Source: a virus (taxonomy: Duplodnaviria; Caudoviricetes). Taken from it: DNA of 64,000 bases. The first letter of the stretch is position 1, and each line of letters opens with the position of its first letter. A model generated the notes under the pieces. It saw only the letters and a program-made list of their open reading frames with translations. It was not told where the DNA came from and searched no databases. Below, piece by piece: positions 38,636-47,412 of the stretch. Made by a program: the position numbers and the translations under genes. Location: positions 1 to 64,000 of IMG/VR virus record IMGVR_UViG_3300027007_000012; one strand, given 5' to 3'.

Positions 38636-38638
38636 AAC

Positions 38639-38950
38639 ATGACAGATACAGCACGCCTTGTTGTCAACGGTTATGTAGAGCCACAAGAACGATCGGTCCG
38701 GATCGTGTCGATCCTGGGGAGTCTGGCGAACGTGCCGGACGGCCACCGCTTCGAGTACCGCGGGATGGAGCTCGAAAAGCGCGTCACCACTGCACGAGCG
38801 CGGCGCGAACCCGAGCTCGCCGTGTACGACCCCGATGGCGAGTTCGTCGACCAGTTCCAGCCTCTGGAGCTCTCGTCGTACGGGATCGTGGAGATGCTCG
38901 ATACCATGCGCGCCCACTGGGTCGAGACGAAGCGAGCGACCTCTCTGTGA
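38639..38950 (+). CDS. Hypothetical protein
   Basis: ATG after the GGAGTG RBS. Confidence 0.6.
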   Translation: MTDTARLVVNGYVEPQERSVRIVSILGSLANVPDGHRFEYRGMELEKRVTTARARREPELAVYDPDGEFVDQFQPLELSSYGIVEMLDTMRAHWVETKRATSL

Positions 38951-39082
38951 TCGAGGTCGTGATCGCGGTCGCGGTCATGGTCGCTGGCCTGGCATTGTTC
39001 TACGCCATGGTCGCGTACTTCGACTTGTGACCGAAAACTGGTATTTACCGGGTGGGCCCTACCGTGACATGGAGTACCAGAG

Positions 39083-39400
39083 ATGCCCCGATTGATCGAG
39101 CGCATGGGTTGCGTTGCCGACCGACTGAGTGACGAGTGGGAACTCGACGACATCGTAATCGAGCAGTCGGCGACAGCCACGGCGCTCTATCGCCACGAGT
39201 CCGGGGCGATCGTCATGTGGTCGGCCGACCCGGGGCATCGCGTTCAGCTGTGGGAGCCAGACGGCGCGATGGAGACCTGGTTGGACGACGACGTGGTCGA
39301 CCTGGATTGCGCGGCCGAGACGGTCCAGACGTGCATCGAGATGGTCGAATACGAGACCAGCACATCGATGCCACCAGCAACGTCGGCGCCACGTCCGTAA
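39083..39400 (+). CDS. Hypothetical protein
   Basis: After a GAAAACTGGTATTTA promoter; C-terminus carries the motif copy at 39368. Confidence 0.55.
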   Translation: MPRLIERMGCVADRLSDEWELDDIVIEQSATATALYRHESGAIVMWSADPGHRVQLWEPDGAMETWLDDDVVDLDCAAETVQTCIEMVEYETSTSMPPATSAPRP

Positions 39401-39499
39401 CCGTTTTTCCGCGCCGCCCGCGCCGGTCCTGTCACATCGATTGACCACCTGTACCATGCTACGTTTCTCGATTACCAGCAAACCCCTCAGATATACATA

Positions 39500-39557
39500 C
39501 ATTAATATCTGTACCACGCATAGGTACATATAGGTCAAAAAACTGGCCTATCCGAAC
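39500..39557 (+). promoter_or_regulatory. Early promoter-hairpin module 5 (no ATG in stem)
   Basis: ATTAATAT, hairpin ATAGGTCA-AAAAAC-TGGCCTAT, CCGAAC; first ORF starts at 39572. Confidence 0.7.
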
Positions 39558-39904
39558 GGAGACTGAGAAAGATGAGATACAGAGTCTACGGCACACGCAG
39601 TGGCACCGATTTCCAGGCACCCGTCTACGCGCGGACCGCGTCTGACGCGATCGACCTGTTCCTCGACTCCGTGGGCGACCACGCGGCCGAGTACGACAAC
39701 GTCCGAGCCGAGGTCTGGGGTTGACGATGGAGAAGCTGTCGAATGTGGTCCGCATCGAAGACCACGAAGTGGTCGTCAACCGACTGTACCTGGCCACGCT
39801 GGTCGACGACGTCCAGTACCGACTGAGCGCCCTGGGAGACGAAGACGTCGGTGACTACGAGGGAGAGTTGCACGAGGCGCTGTTCCACGCCCAGGAGGCG
39901 CTCG

Positions 39905-40270
39905 ATGACTGACGACGACGACCGACTCCCGCCGGACGCGGTCCCGGACCCGTCGGTTTGGATGCCCCCGGACGTGGTGGTCAGCAAGGAGACCGCCGAG
40001 GTCGCGCTGCGCGAGCTCGACATCCTGATTGAGCACACGGGCGGCCCGGACACGGCGGTCGAGGACTGCTGCTCGCCGCTGGCGCTCGCGTACGACCGGG
40101 TCGAGAGACTGGAGGGCGAGGGGATCGACCCGTTCACCGTGGGGACGGTCCTGCAAGTGTTGGTCGGTGTCGGTGAGGAACGAGGCGTCGACCTGTCGGG
40201 GGAGGACCCGTTACAGGACGACGTGTTCCAGGCGAGGAGCGAGTTCAGGGACGCACTCGGCGTCGAGTAG
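39905..40270 (+). CDS. Hypothetical protein
   Basis: Acidic coupled ORF. Confidence 0.6.
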   Translation: MTDDDDRLPPDAVPDPSVWMPPDVVVSKETAEVALRELDILIEHTGGPDTAVEDCCSPLALAYDRVERLEGEGIDPFTVGTVLQVLVGVGEERGVDLSGEDPLQDDVFQARSEFRDALGVE

Positions 40271-40287
40271 TCGCCCCTCGCGGTTTT

Positions 40288-40337
40288 GCATCGCTGCTGG
40301 TGGCATTCCGAGCTCGGTTCGATTCCGAGGCGATGTG
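40288..40337 (+). ncRNA. Miniature tRNA-like element C
   Basis: GCATCGC/GCGATGT 7-bp stem, TGC-TGGTG-GCA mini arm, CTCGG-TTCGATT-CCGAG T-arm. Confidence 0.65.
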
Positions 40338-40644
40338 TGGCTCCCTGGCCGGAGACGATACGTTGATAGGCTGGTGGAGCCTATGTCTGCACGACATCCC
40401 ATAGTGGATGTCGTTCCGTTCGGGTGGGATAGCACGCGTCGGGCTGTCTCGGCAAGGGCAACCACGCAAGTCGAGATCAGAGGCTCGTGCATACCCGTTG
40501 TCCGGGGCTTTGTCCCCGGACGCCCTTTGTGACCCTGAGCGCCAGCTCTCAGTTTTCGCGTATCCTGTCAGTATCCTGCGGGGCCGGTCGCGCTAACCCG
40601 GTACCCATGCTACGGTCCACAACTATCAACAATATTAGTTGTCA

Positions 40645-40705
40645 TAAATATTATTATATCCCTACCCTGAGTAGTATAGAATATGGGAAAATCAAAATCC
40701 CACTC
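40645..40705 (+). promoter_or_regulatory. Early promoter-operator-hairpin module 6
   Basis: TTATAT, CTACCCTGAGTAG 40662-40674, ATG 40683, TGGGA-AAATCAAAA-TCCCA. Confidence 0.8.
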
Positions 40706-40823
40706 GAGCGGTGAGCGCGTGAACAAGCGGCGGTACCGCGGGAGCGAGCAGACCGAGAGCTTCGACCTGCAAGCAGAGCTCGCCAAACTCGGCGGCGACG
40801 AGGAGGACGAGGACGATGAGTGA
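40683..40823 (+). CDS. 46-aa peptide, basic N-terminal half and acidic tail
   Basis: MGKSKSHSSGERVNKRRYRG...DEEDEDDE (not in the ORF track); followed by coupled ORFs 40816-41420. Confidence 0.55.
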   Translation: MGKSKSHSSGERVNKRRYRGSEQTESFDLQAELAKLGGDEEDEDDE

Positions 40824-41416
40824 GCGAGCGTACCGAGAGCCGGCCAAGTTCTCGGCCGACGAGCTGTCAATCGGCGATGAGATCGTGGTCGCCGGCCTCG
40901 TCCACGAGGTCCTGTCCGTGGGCGAGCCCGGGAAGCAGTGCCTGGTCCGCACGGACCGAGGGGCGTTCTCGAAGGACGGTCTGAGCAGTGGCATCGACGA
41001 CGGCTCCGTGGAGGTCCTTGGGGGAGGCGACGATGGGCGCTGACTTCGGTCCTGTCAACGTGCGCTGGGAGGGGCCGAACGGGGACGTCCGCAACCGGGA
41101 GTTCGCACAGCACGGTCTGTCGACCGGGTGGATCGTCGGCTACGATGAGGACGACAATGCCGAGCGGAAGATACCGCGGAACCGGGTCTACGAAGTGGAG
41201 GTGCTCTGAGATGAGCGAGAGGGTCGACGAGATCAAGCGCCGGATCACGGGTGTGGACCTCGTCGAGATCTGGGTGAGTGAGGGCGACCGACTGTTACTC
41301 GGCATCCAGCCCTACGCCGACGCCGACGGGGAGGCTGTCGCGCACTACCTGGAGCGACTGTTCGACGCACGCATCGAGCGGGTCACGTACGACTTCGTCC
41401 TCGCCGAGGTGGCCCG

Positions 41417-42019
41417 ATGAACTTCGACGAGATGAGTCCGGCCGAGATCGACGACCTGTTCCAGGTCGAACCGCAGCACGACCCCGAGTTCCAGATGGAG
41501 CGAATGCGCGAGCAACTGGAGTACGCTGGCTGGGACGCGATCGAGGGGCTCGTCGACCCCGGGGACGAGTACGTCGTCGAGGAGTCGCACCTGCTGACGC
41601 CCGACCCGCTCGACTACACCGACTTCGAGTGGACGCTCGTCTACCGCGAGAAGCACGTCTTCGACGTCATCGACCCGTTCGACAGCACGCGAGGGGTGAT
41701 CCCCGCCAGTCGGGATGGCGAGGACATGATGCAAGCGTTCGGGGAGTTCGCCGAGGCGTTCCACCTCGAGTGCGAGATCGACAAGTTCCACGATGAGCTC
41801 GGAGAGATGGAGCCCGGGGAAGTCGTCCTGCTCCCGAGCGGCAAGCTCCGCATGGACACGAGCGACCGGATCGTCGTCTACAACCCGATGTACGAGCCGG
41901 TCGTGACGACCGACCCGGAGAACGTCACGGTCGAACTGGTCGAGAGTATCATCGACGACTGGCGGGCTGAGATGCGCGAGAAGTACGAGGGGACGCCGAT
42001 GGAAGACCAGTTCGACTGA
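41417..42019 (+). CDS. Hypothetical protein
   Basis: 200-aa strongly acidic ORF. Confidence 0.65.
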   Translation: MNFDEMSPAEIDDLFQVEPQHDPEFQMERMREQLEYAGWDAIEGLVDPGDEYVVEESHLLTPDPLDYTDFEWTLVYREKHVFDVIDPFDSTRGVIPASRDGEDMMQAFGEFAEAFHLECEIDKFHDELGEMEPGEVVLLPSGKLRMDTSDRIVVYNPMYEPVVTTDPENVTVELVESIIDDWRAEMREKYEGTPMEDQFD

Positions 42020-42087
42020 CCGCGCCCGTTTTCGCGCACCGCCCGCGGCGAATGAGTTATCGACATCGAGATAGTATCGAGTAGCAG

Positions 42088-42594
42088 ATGGGATCGCGAC
42101 CGTGGGAGAACCCCGTCACACTCGCCCGGGCCTACGCCAAGCATGGCTCGGCCGAAGGCGTCGCCGACGCGTGGGGGTGTTCCGAACGCACGATCAGGAC
42201 CTGGCTGCACGAGCACGACGAGATCCGCGTCCAGCGCCAGGGTCGCCGGCCCTCGTGGGAAGACGACGACCCGGCGAATCACGTCCTGGAGGACGACGAG
42301 GGCTACGAGATCGTCGAATCGTTCGTCCCGGTCCGCGATGAGTCAGGCGAGCTCGTCACGATCGAGCGCAAGACCGTTCGTATCCACCGTCTCGTCTGCG
42401 TGGCCGAGTGGGGCTTCGACCAGGTGGTCGACCAGGAGGTGCACCACATGGACGGGCACAAGGTGCACAACACGCGGGAGAACCTGATCCCGTTAGACCC
42501 GAAGACGCACGGGTTTATGGACCCGGCGCGGCGCTGGCGGATGCCCTGGGTCGGCGATTACGAACTGGGCGATCCTGGCCCTGCTGGCGACTGA
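42088..42594 (+). CDS. HNH endonuclease with N-terminal HTH (homing endonuclease-like)
   Basis: VRIHRLV ... VHHMDGHKVHNTRENL ... H; HTH AEGVADAWGCSERTIRTWL. Confidence 0.85.
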   Translation: MGSRPWENPVTLARAYAKHGSAEGVADAWGCSERTIRTWLHEHDEIRVQRQGRRPSWEDDDPANHVLEDDEGYEIVESFVPVRDESGELVTIERKTVRIHRLVCVAEWGFDQVVDQEVHHMDGHKVHNTRENLIPLDPKTHGFMDPARRWRMPWVGDYELGDPGPAGD

Positions 42595-42616
42595 CCCGTG
42601 GGCTTTTGCTTTCGAC

Positions 42617-42707
42617 GTATCCCCGCTCGCTTTCTGTCGGCGGGTATCCCTGCTCGTTTTCGGCGGTTGCGTATCCCTGCTCGCTTTCTGACACCGCGTA
42701 TCCCTGC
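42617..42707 (+). repeat. 27-bp tandem repeat, about 3.4 copies
   Basis: GTATCCCTGCTCGCTTTC-like units start at 42617, 42644, 42671, 42698. Confidence 0.85.
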
Positions 42708-42784
42708 GGGCCCCGGCACCGCTTCCCGGTGACCAGACCATGCGATGCTCGGAAACTCACAGCAGTCCAAGCCGCTTCGCGAGT

Positions 42785-42841
42785 CTCTAATACCCTACCC
42801 TGAGTAGCATAGAATGAGGAACAAAAATTCCTCACCCGAAC
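42785..42841 (+). promoter_or_regulatory. Early promoter-operator-hairpin module 7
   Basis: CTACCCTGAGTAG 42795-42807; hairpin TGAGGAA-CAAAAA-TTCCTCA; CCCGAAC. Confidence 0.8.
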
Positions 42842-42845
42842 GACC

Positions 42846-43085
42846 ATGAACGCAATGGAAGACGTAGAAGGACTCCGTTACACCTTCTGCAACGTGTGGC
42901 TGGAATCGAACTCTCAAATCTCGCACATAATGGTGAACAAAGGTGGTGAAGATGTGTGGGAGGAGACGCCAGAGACAATACTCGTCAACAATTCGATATT
43001 CGAAGGCGAGTGCTACTTCCGAGATGTGATGAAGGTGGTGCTCGAACCACGAGAAGACGAGATCAACGTCAAGATCAACCCCTGA
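42846..43085 (+). CDS. Hypothetical protein
   Basis: 79 aa; ATG overlaps the stop of an 11-codon leader ORF starting at 42814. Confidence 0.55.
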   Translation: MNAMEDVEGLRYTFCNVWLESNSQISHIMVNKGGEDVWEETPETILVNNSIFEGECYFRDVMKVVLEPREDEINVKINP

Positions 43086-43204
43086 CGGCAACGAGATGGG
43101 GCTCCCCATGTGAGCTCCCGTTTTTGCGCGACGCCCGCCGCCCACGACTATCCCAGACCATGCGATGATCTTCGATTCCCAGCAGTTCCAGCCGTCTTAC
43201 GCGT

Positions 43205-43259
43205 CTTTATATCACTACCCTGAGTAGTACAGAATGGGAACAAAAATCCCAACCCGAAC
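43205..43259 (+). promoter_or_regulatory. Early promoter-operator-hairpin module 8
   Basis: TTTATA, CTACCCTGAGTAG 43215-43227, TGGGA-ACAAAAA-TCCCA, CCCGAAC. Confidence 0.8.
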
Positions 43260-43451
43260 GATGAGCTACGCAACCCACGTTCAGATTCAGAAGCTGAAGC
43301 GAGCGAGAAACGAGAGTCGCTGGCCCTCGGACGAGAGAGAAGACGACGAGTAGAGCCGACGCCGACTCTTTCCATTTTCGAGCGCCGCCCGGCGTGACCC
43401 ACCGGCGTTCCCGATGTGAACGTTTCCAGACAATATCAGCCGCTAAACGTG

Positions 43452-43506
43452 TCTTTAATACCCTACCAGTGGTAGTATAAGATATGGGACAAAAAATCCC
43501 AACCCA
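43452..43506 (+). promoter_or_regulatory. Early promoter-operator-hairpin module 9
   Basis: TTTAATA, CTACCAGTGGTAG 43463-43475, ATG 43484, TGGGA-CAAAAAA-TCCCA. Confidence 0.8.
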
Positions 43507-43985
43507 GCGGAACTGAGTGTAGAGAGTGTGCGAATAGAGGGAGAGAGTGGAGAAAAGACACTACGAGTGCACAGTGTGCGTATAATAGAGGGAGAGCTCA
43601 TCGTGAGAGCCTACGAAGATTTCCCACTTCACTCTGACATCTGAGTGAGTGGGAGAGCGGTCCACCGTTTTTGCGTGCGGCCCGTCGGCCTCGAACCCTG
43701 ATTTCCGGTCCACGAGATGATTTTGCTTCCTTGCAGCACCTGAGAGGCGAATACAACCCGTCTCAGCGAGGATCTCGAGCGCCTCACGGCGACACGTTTT
43801 CTGAGCTACAACCCCCTCCCTGTGGACGGTGCAAACGACTGTAATCGACTGTCAGCAGCGAGCTCACACGTGCATATTCGAGTGCCTCAGTGTATGTAGA
43901 ATAACGTATACGACGAACCCCTGTTTCTGCTCCACGCGGGCCCGCTCGCAGCATCCCGGCACCGTCTCTCTTGCCGCTTCGCTGA

Positions 43986-44044
43986 TATTTATTACCCTAC
44001 CCTGAGTAGCTATAGATATGGGACAAAAAAATCCCAACCCGAAC
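43986..44044 (+). promoter_or_regulatory. Early promoter-operator-hairpin module 10
   Basis: TTTATTA, CTACCCTGAGTAG 43997-44009, ATG 44018, CCCGAAC. Confidence 0.8.
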
Positions 44045-44395
44045 GACGAGAGCGACGAAATCCTCCCGGCCCTCGACCACCGAGGACTGACGGGACACGG
44101 CAAGAAACGACTCGACGAGAGCGAGCTCGTCACCCCGTACCTCGTGCAGACGCTCCAGGACGCTGACCCGACCATCCTCCGAGCCATCTGTCAGGTGGCC
44201 GATGCAGCAGCGTCGGCACGGTACGCACCGATCCAGAACCAGCTGGCCAAGGACGAGAGTGCCAGCCGAGAGATTCAGCAGGAATACTGGAACCAGCTGG
44301 ACGACGTGAAGGGGCTCTCGCTCCTCTGCACGGAACTCCTGCGAGACCAGAGAGACGGCGTCCCAACCGAGGAGGACCCCCGACTCGGCTTCTGA
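44018..44395 (+). CDS. Early hypothetical protein
   Basis: 125 aa, starts MGQKNPNP. Confidence 0.65.
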   Translation: MGQKNPNPNDESDEILPALDHRGLTGHGKKRLDESELVTPYLVQTLQDADPTILRAICQVADAAASARYAPIQNQLAKDESASREIQQEYWNQLDDVKGLSLLCTELLRDQRDGVPTEEDPRLGF

Positions 44396-44715
44396 ACACG
44401 GGAACCGACCCAGGGCTACCGATTTCGCGCCACGCCCGTCGTGAAAACCACCGCACCGATGCCACCAGCAGCGCCGGCCCCGGCGTGAATCGTGCACATC
44501 GCGACCAGTGTGCCTCGACGAGCGGCGACCAGGTTTCGCGAGTGGAACCCCTACCCCGTAGACGCCGCCAACGAACCTCCGAGAGCTGGGCCAGATCGCC
44601 GTCGTGAAGGGCCGTCGTATCAGGTGTGAATACTTGCGGGCCCCGGCACTGAATCCAGGGACACAGCGGCTATGCGATGCTCTGGAACTACCAGAGTTAT
44701 CAGCCGTTTTACATA

Positions 44716-44773
44716 CCTTAAATACCTCACCCTGAGTAGCTAAGAATATGGGAAAACAAAATCCCATCCGAAC
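44716..44773 (+). promoter_or_regulatory. Early promoter-operator-hairpin module 11
   Basis: TTAAATA, TCACCCTGAGTAG, ATGGGA-AAACAAAA-TCCCAT, CCGAAC. Confidence 0.8.
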
Positions 44774-45026
44774 CGGCGAGCAGTGCGGCAAACACGACGT
44801 CGTGGCCTTCGTGGCCCTCGCTGCGGACCCCTCGTGGGTCGATGCACCGACGAACCCGGTCACGCCGGGTAACGGCACCGAGGACTGGGCCGCCGACATC
44901 GAGGGCGCCGACGGGGGCGTGATCATGAGCGACTGGTCTTCGCTGGCGGGTGCGGGCGCGATCGACCCCCTGTCGGGACGAGAGCTGAGCGATGAGGAGC
45001 TGCGAGAGAGGCTGGGGGTCGAGTGA
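44748..45026 (+). CDS. Early hypothetical protein
   Basis: 92 aa, starts MGKQNPIR. Confidence 0.6.
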   Translation: MGKQNPIRTGEQCGKHDVVAFVALAADPSWVDAPTNPVTPGNGTEDWAADIEGADGGVIMSDWSSLAGAGAIDPLSGRELSDEELRERLGVE

Positions 45027-45399
45027 GATGCTGAGCCCCAACGGCGATACGGCGCGGATCGATGCGCACGAGTGCGAGCTCGAGCCGACCGGCCGCGGAG
45101 AGGGGATGCACGAGGAGTTCGAGTGCCGAGTCTGTGGGACGGTCACGACGCCCGCTGTGGGCGTCCGGCGAGCGAAGCGGCAACGGCTCTGGTGAGGGCC
45201 AGCCCCTCGTTTTCGAGTGCGTGTACGTACGTACGAGCGGGTACGCACAGACGGGTGGTGGGACCATAGCTTCCGCTTCTGCGCGCCGCCCGCGACGGCC
45301 ACCGTCCCCGACAGCCAACGTAGCATCTATGCGCGCTACTCGACAGAGAAACTTAAATTCGGGCTCCTCTGGGCTTCTACGCAAGTTTTACAACCGAAG

Positions 45400-45460
45400 T
45401 CTTTATATCTGATACCTGAGAAGTCTTAGATATGGGACAAAAAATCCCAACCCCCGAACG
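45400..45460 (+). promoter_or_regulatory. Early promoter-hairpin module 12
   Basis: TTTATA, CCTGAGAAG, ATG 45432, TGGGA-CAAAAAA-TCCCA, CCCGAAC. Confidence 0.75.
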
Positions 45461-46495
45461 GAGCGAGAGCGAGACGAGAGCAGCAGAGGAGGGACGATGA
45501 TGCGCCCCGAGTCGCCGATTGAGTGGACTGGCGAGGCCCACCTCGTCACGGTGAGCTGTAGCCGCTGCGGGAGCACGATGAGCGTCGACGAAGATACGGC
45601 GCTCTGGTACGACGAGCAGGGACGCGAGCACGTGTGCGAGGAGTGTGAGTGAGATGCGCCGAGTGCGTACGATGCTGCTGGCCGCGAGAGTCGTCGCTGG
45701 GATCGTCGTGTTCCCGATCGCGCTGACCGCCGCGAGAGCTCGGGCCCGGGTGGTCTGATGAGCTGTCTCGATTGCGGGTCGACGTCGCTGGCGAGCGAAC
45801 GAGTGGACGTGGTCGGGCGCCCCGACGAGCGGGTGACGTACTGCGAGAACTGTGGAGAGGTGCAGTACGTGGATGTGATTCGATGATTACGCTGCTGGTG
45901 GCATTGGTGGTTGCCGGGCTGGGCGTGTGGGCGTTCCTGCTGATCGCGAGGGAGCTGTAGCGATGGACTGGTGCCCGGAGTGCGGGTCGATGGCCCGCGT
46001 CGACGAACGACGGTTGGAGCGCCAGGACGACAGCGCGCTCGCCAAGGAGGTGCTCGACGTCGTCTGCATGCAGTGTGAGTACGAGGGCGAGAAGCGTCGC
46101 ACAGTGCCCGCCGTGTTCGAGCGGCGGCCAGCAGAGACGGGGCGGGGCGTGAGCGAGCGCGAGCCGGGTCACCCGCTCGACCGCTGAGCGCCCCGGTTTC
46201 GCGTTCCGCCCGCGCCGACCCCTGTTTCCGGTCCACGAGCAAATAGAGTTCGCGACGCGTGTGCATACGCTCGTCTCAGCACGATCCCCCAGGGCCTCAC
46301 GGCGACGGGCTCCTCGGGCCATCACCCCTCCCCTGTGGATGTTGCTCACGACTGACTGGGAGCACACGAACGCACGCCTCAGCGCCTCTACGCGCACTTT
46401 CTGTCTGGGGATTTATCATTGGCTTCGACCTTGATTTCCGCTCCACGCGGCCGGACGCGGCAACCCGGCACCAGAAGTATCAGCCGCTTTACATG

Positions 46496-46553
46496 ACTAT
46501 ATACCTGTACCATGAGTAGCTAAGAATATGGGAAAACAAAATCCCACCCGACC
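46496..46553 (+). promoter_or_regulatory. Early promoter-operator-hairpin module 13
   Basis: TATATA, GTACCATGAGTAG, ATG 46528, TGGGA-AAACAAAA-TCCCA, CCCGAC. Confidence 0.8.
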
Positions 46554-46767
46554 GGAACTGGCCGAGAAGCGACGCAAGCTCGTCAGCGAGCTCCCGTTCA
46601 CGAGCCCCGCCGAGAGCGGCAATCGGATCGTCGTGTGCGTGCAGGACCGCAAGCTGTCGAAGTTCGAGCGCGTCGTCGCGGACCTGGACCTGGAGATCGT
46701 CGAGCGAGAAGACGCTGGGCACTCGATGCAGGGCCGACGCCAGCGCATGGTCCTGGAGGCGTCGTAG
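46528..46767 (+). CDS. Early hypothetical protein
   Basis: 79 aa, starts MGKQNPTR. Confidence 0.6.
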   Translation: MGKQNPTRPELAEKRRKLVSELPFTSPAESGNRIVVCVQDRKLSKFERVVADLDLEIVEREDAGHSMQGRRQRMVLEAS

Positions 46768-47207
46768 CATGCGCCGATCGACGCCGGCGGACCTGGAGCA
46801 GCGCCTCGCCGCGATCGAAGCAGAGCTGCGAGCGATGAGTCGCGGAGACGTCGACGCGGGAACGTGCCGGTGGCTGCTGGAGGAGAAGGCCGAGCTCAGA
46901 GACGAGCGCGACCGGCTGCACGAGACGAGTGGGCGGTGGGCCTGATGAGCGACGAGGGATTTCTCCCGCCAGCGCCGACGGGCGGCCACCCAGCAGACGC
47001 CGTCGAGCGAGCGCGAGAGATCGTCCAGGGAGCACCGGCGACAGAAGAAGAAGTGGCGTGGGCGGCGGAGGTCCTCGCAGACGTCGAGTAGGGTCTCCGG
47101 TTTCGCGCCGCGTCCCCGCCGTCCCCGTCAGTTTTCAGGCCGATTTCAGGCCGATTTTCGCAGAAACCCTCGAAATCGAGTGCCTCAGAGCCTCTACGGG
47201 CCAAAGT

Positions 47208-47266
47208 CTTTATATTCGCTTATGTCAAAGATTTAAATGGTATGGCAAAAAACCAAACCACCCGAC
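47208..47266 (+). promoter_or_regulatory. Early promoter-hairpin module 14
   Basis: TTTATA, GGTATGG-CAAAAAA-CCAAACC, CCCGAC; ATG 47242. Confidence 0.65.
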
Positions 47267-47412
47267 GGGAAGCAGAGCAGGAGAACGAGAGCGACTGGTG
47301 GAGCGAGTATCTGCGAGAGCTCGACGAGATCGTTGTGGGAGTGCTCCCAGCCGAGTCAGATGCGGCACGCCGGCTCGCAGCAGACGAGTACCCGACGTGG
47401 AGCCAGCGATGA
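47242..47412 (+). CDS. 56-aa hypothetical protein
   Basis: MAKNQTTRREAEQ... (not in the ORF track); stop overlaps ATG 47409. Confidence 0.55.
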   Translation: MAKNQTTRREAEQENESDWWSEYLRELDEIVVGVLPAESDAARRLAADEYPTWSQR

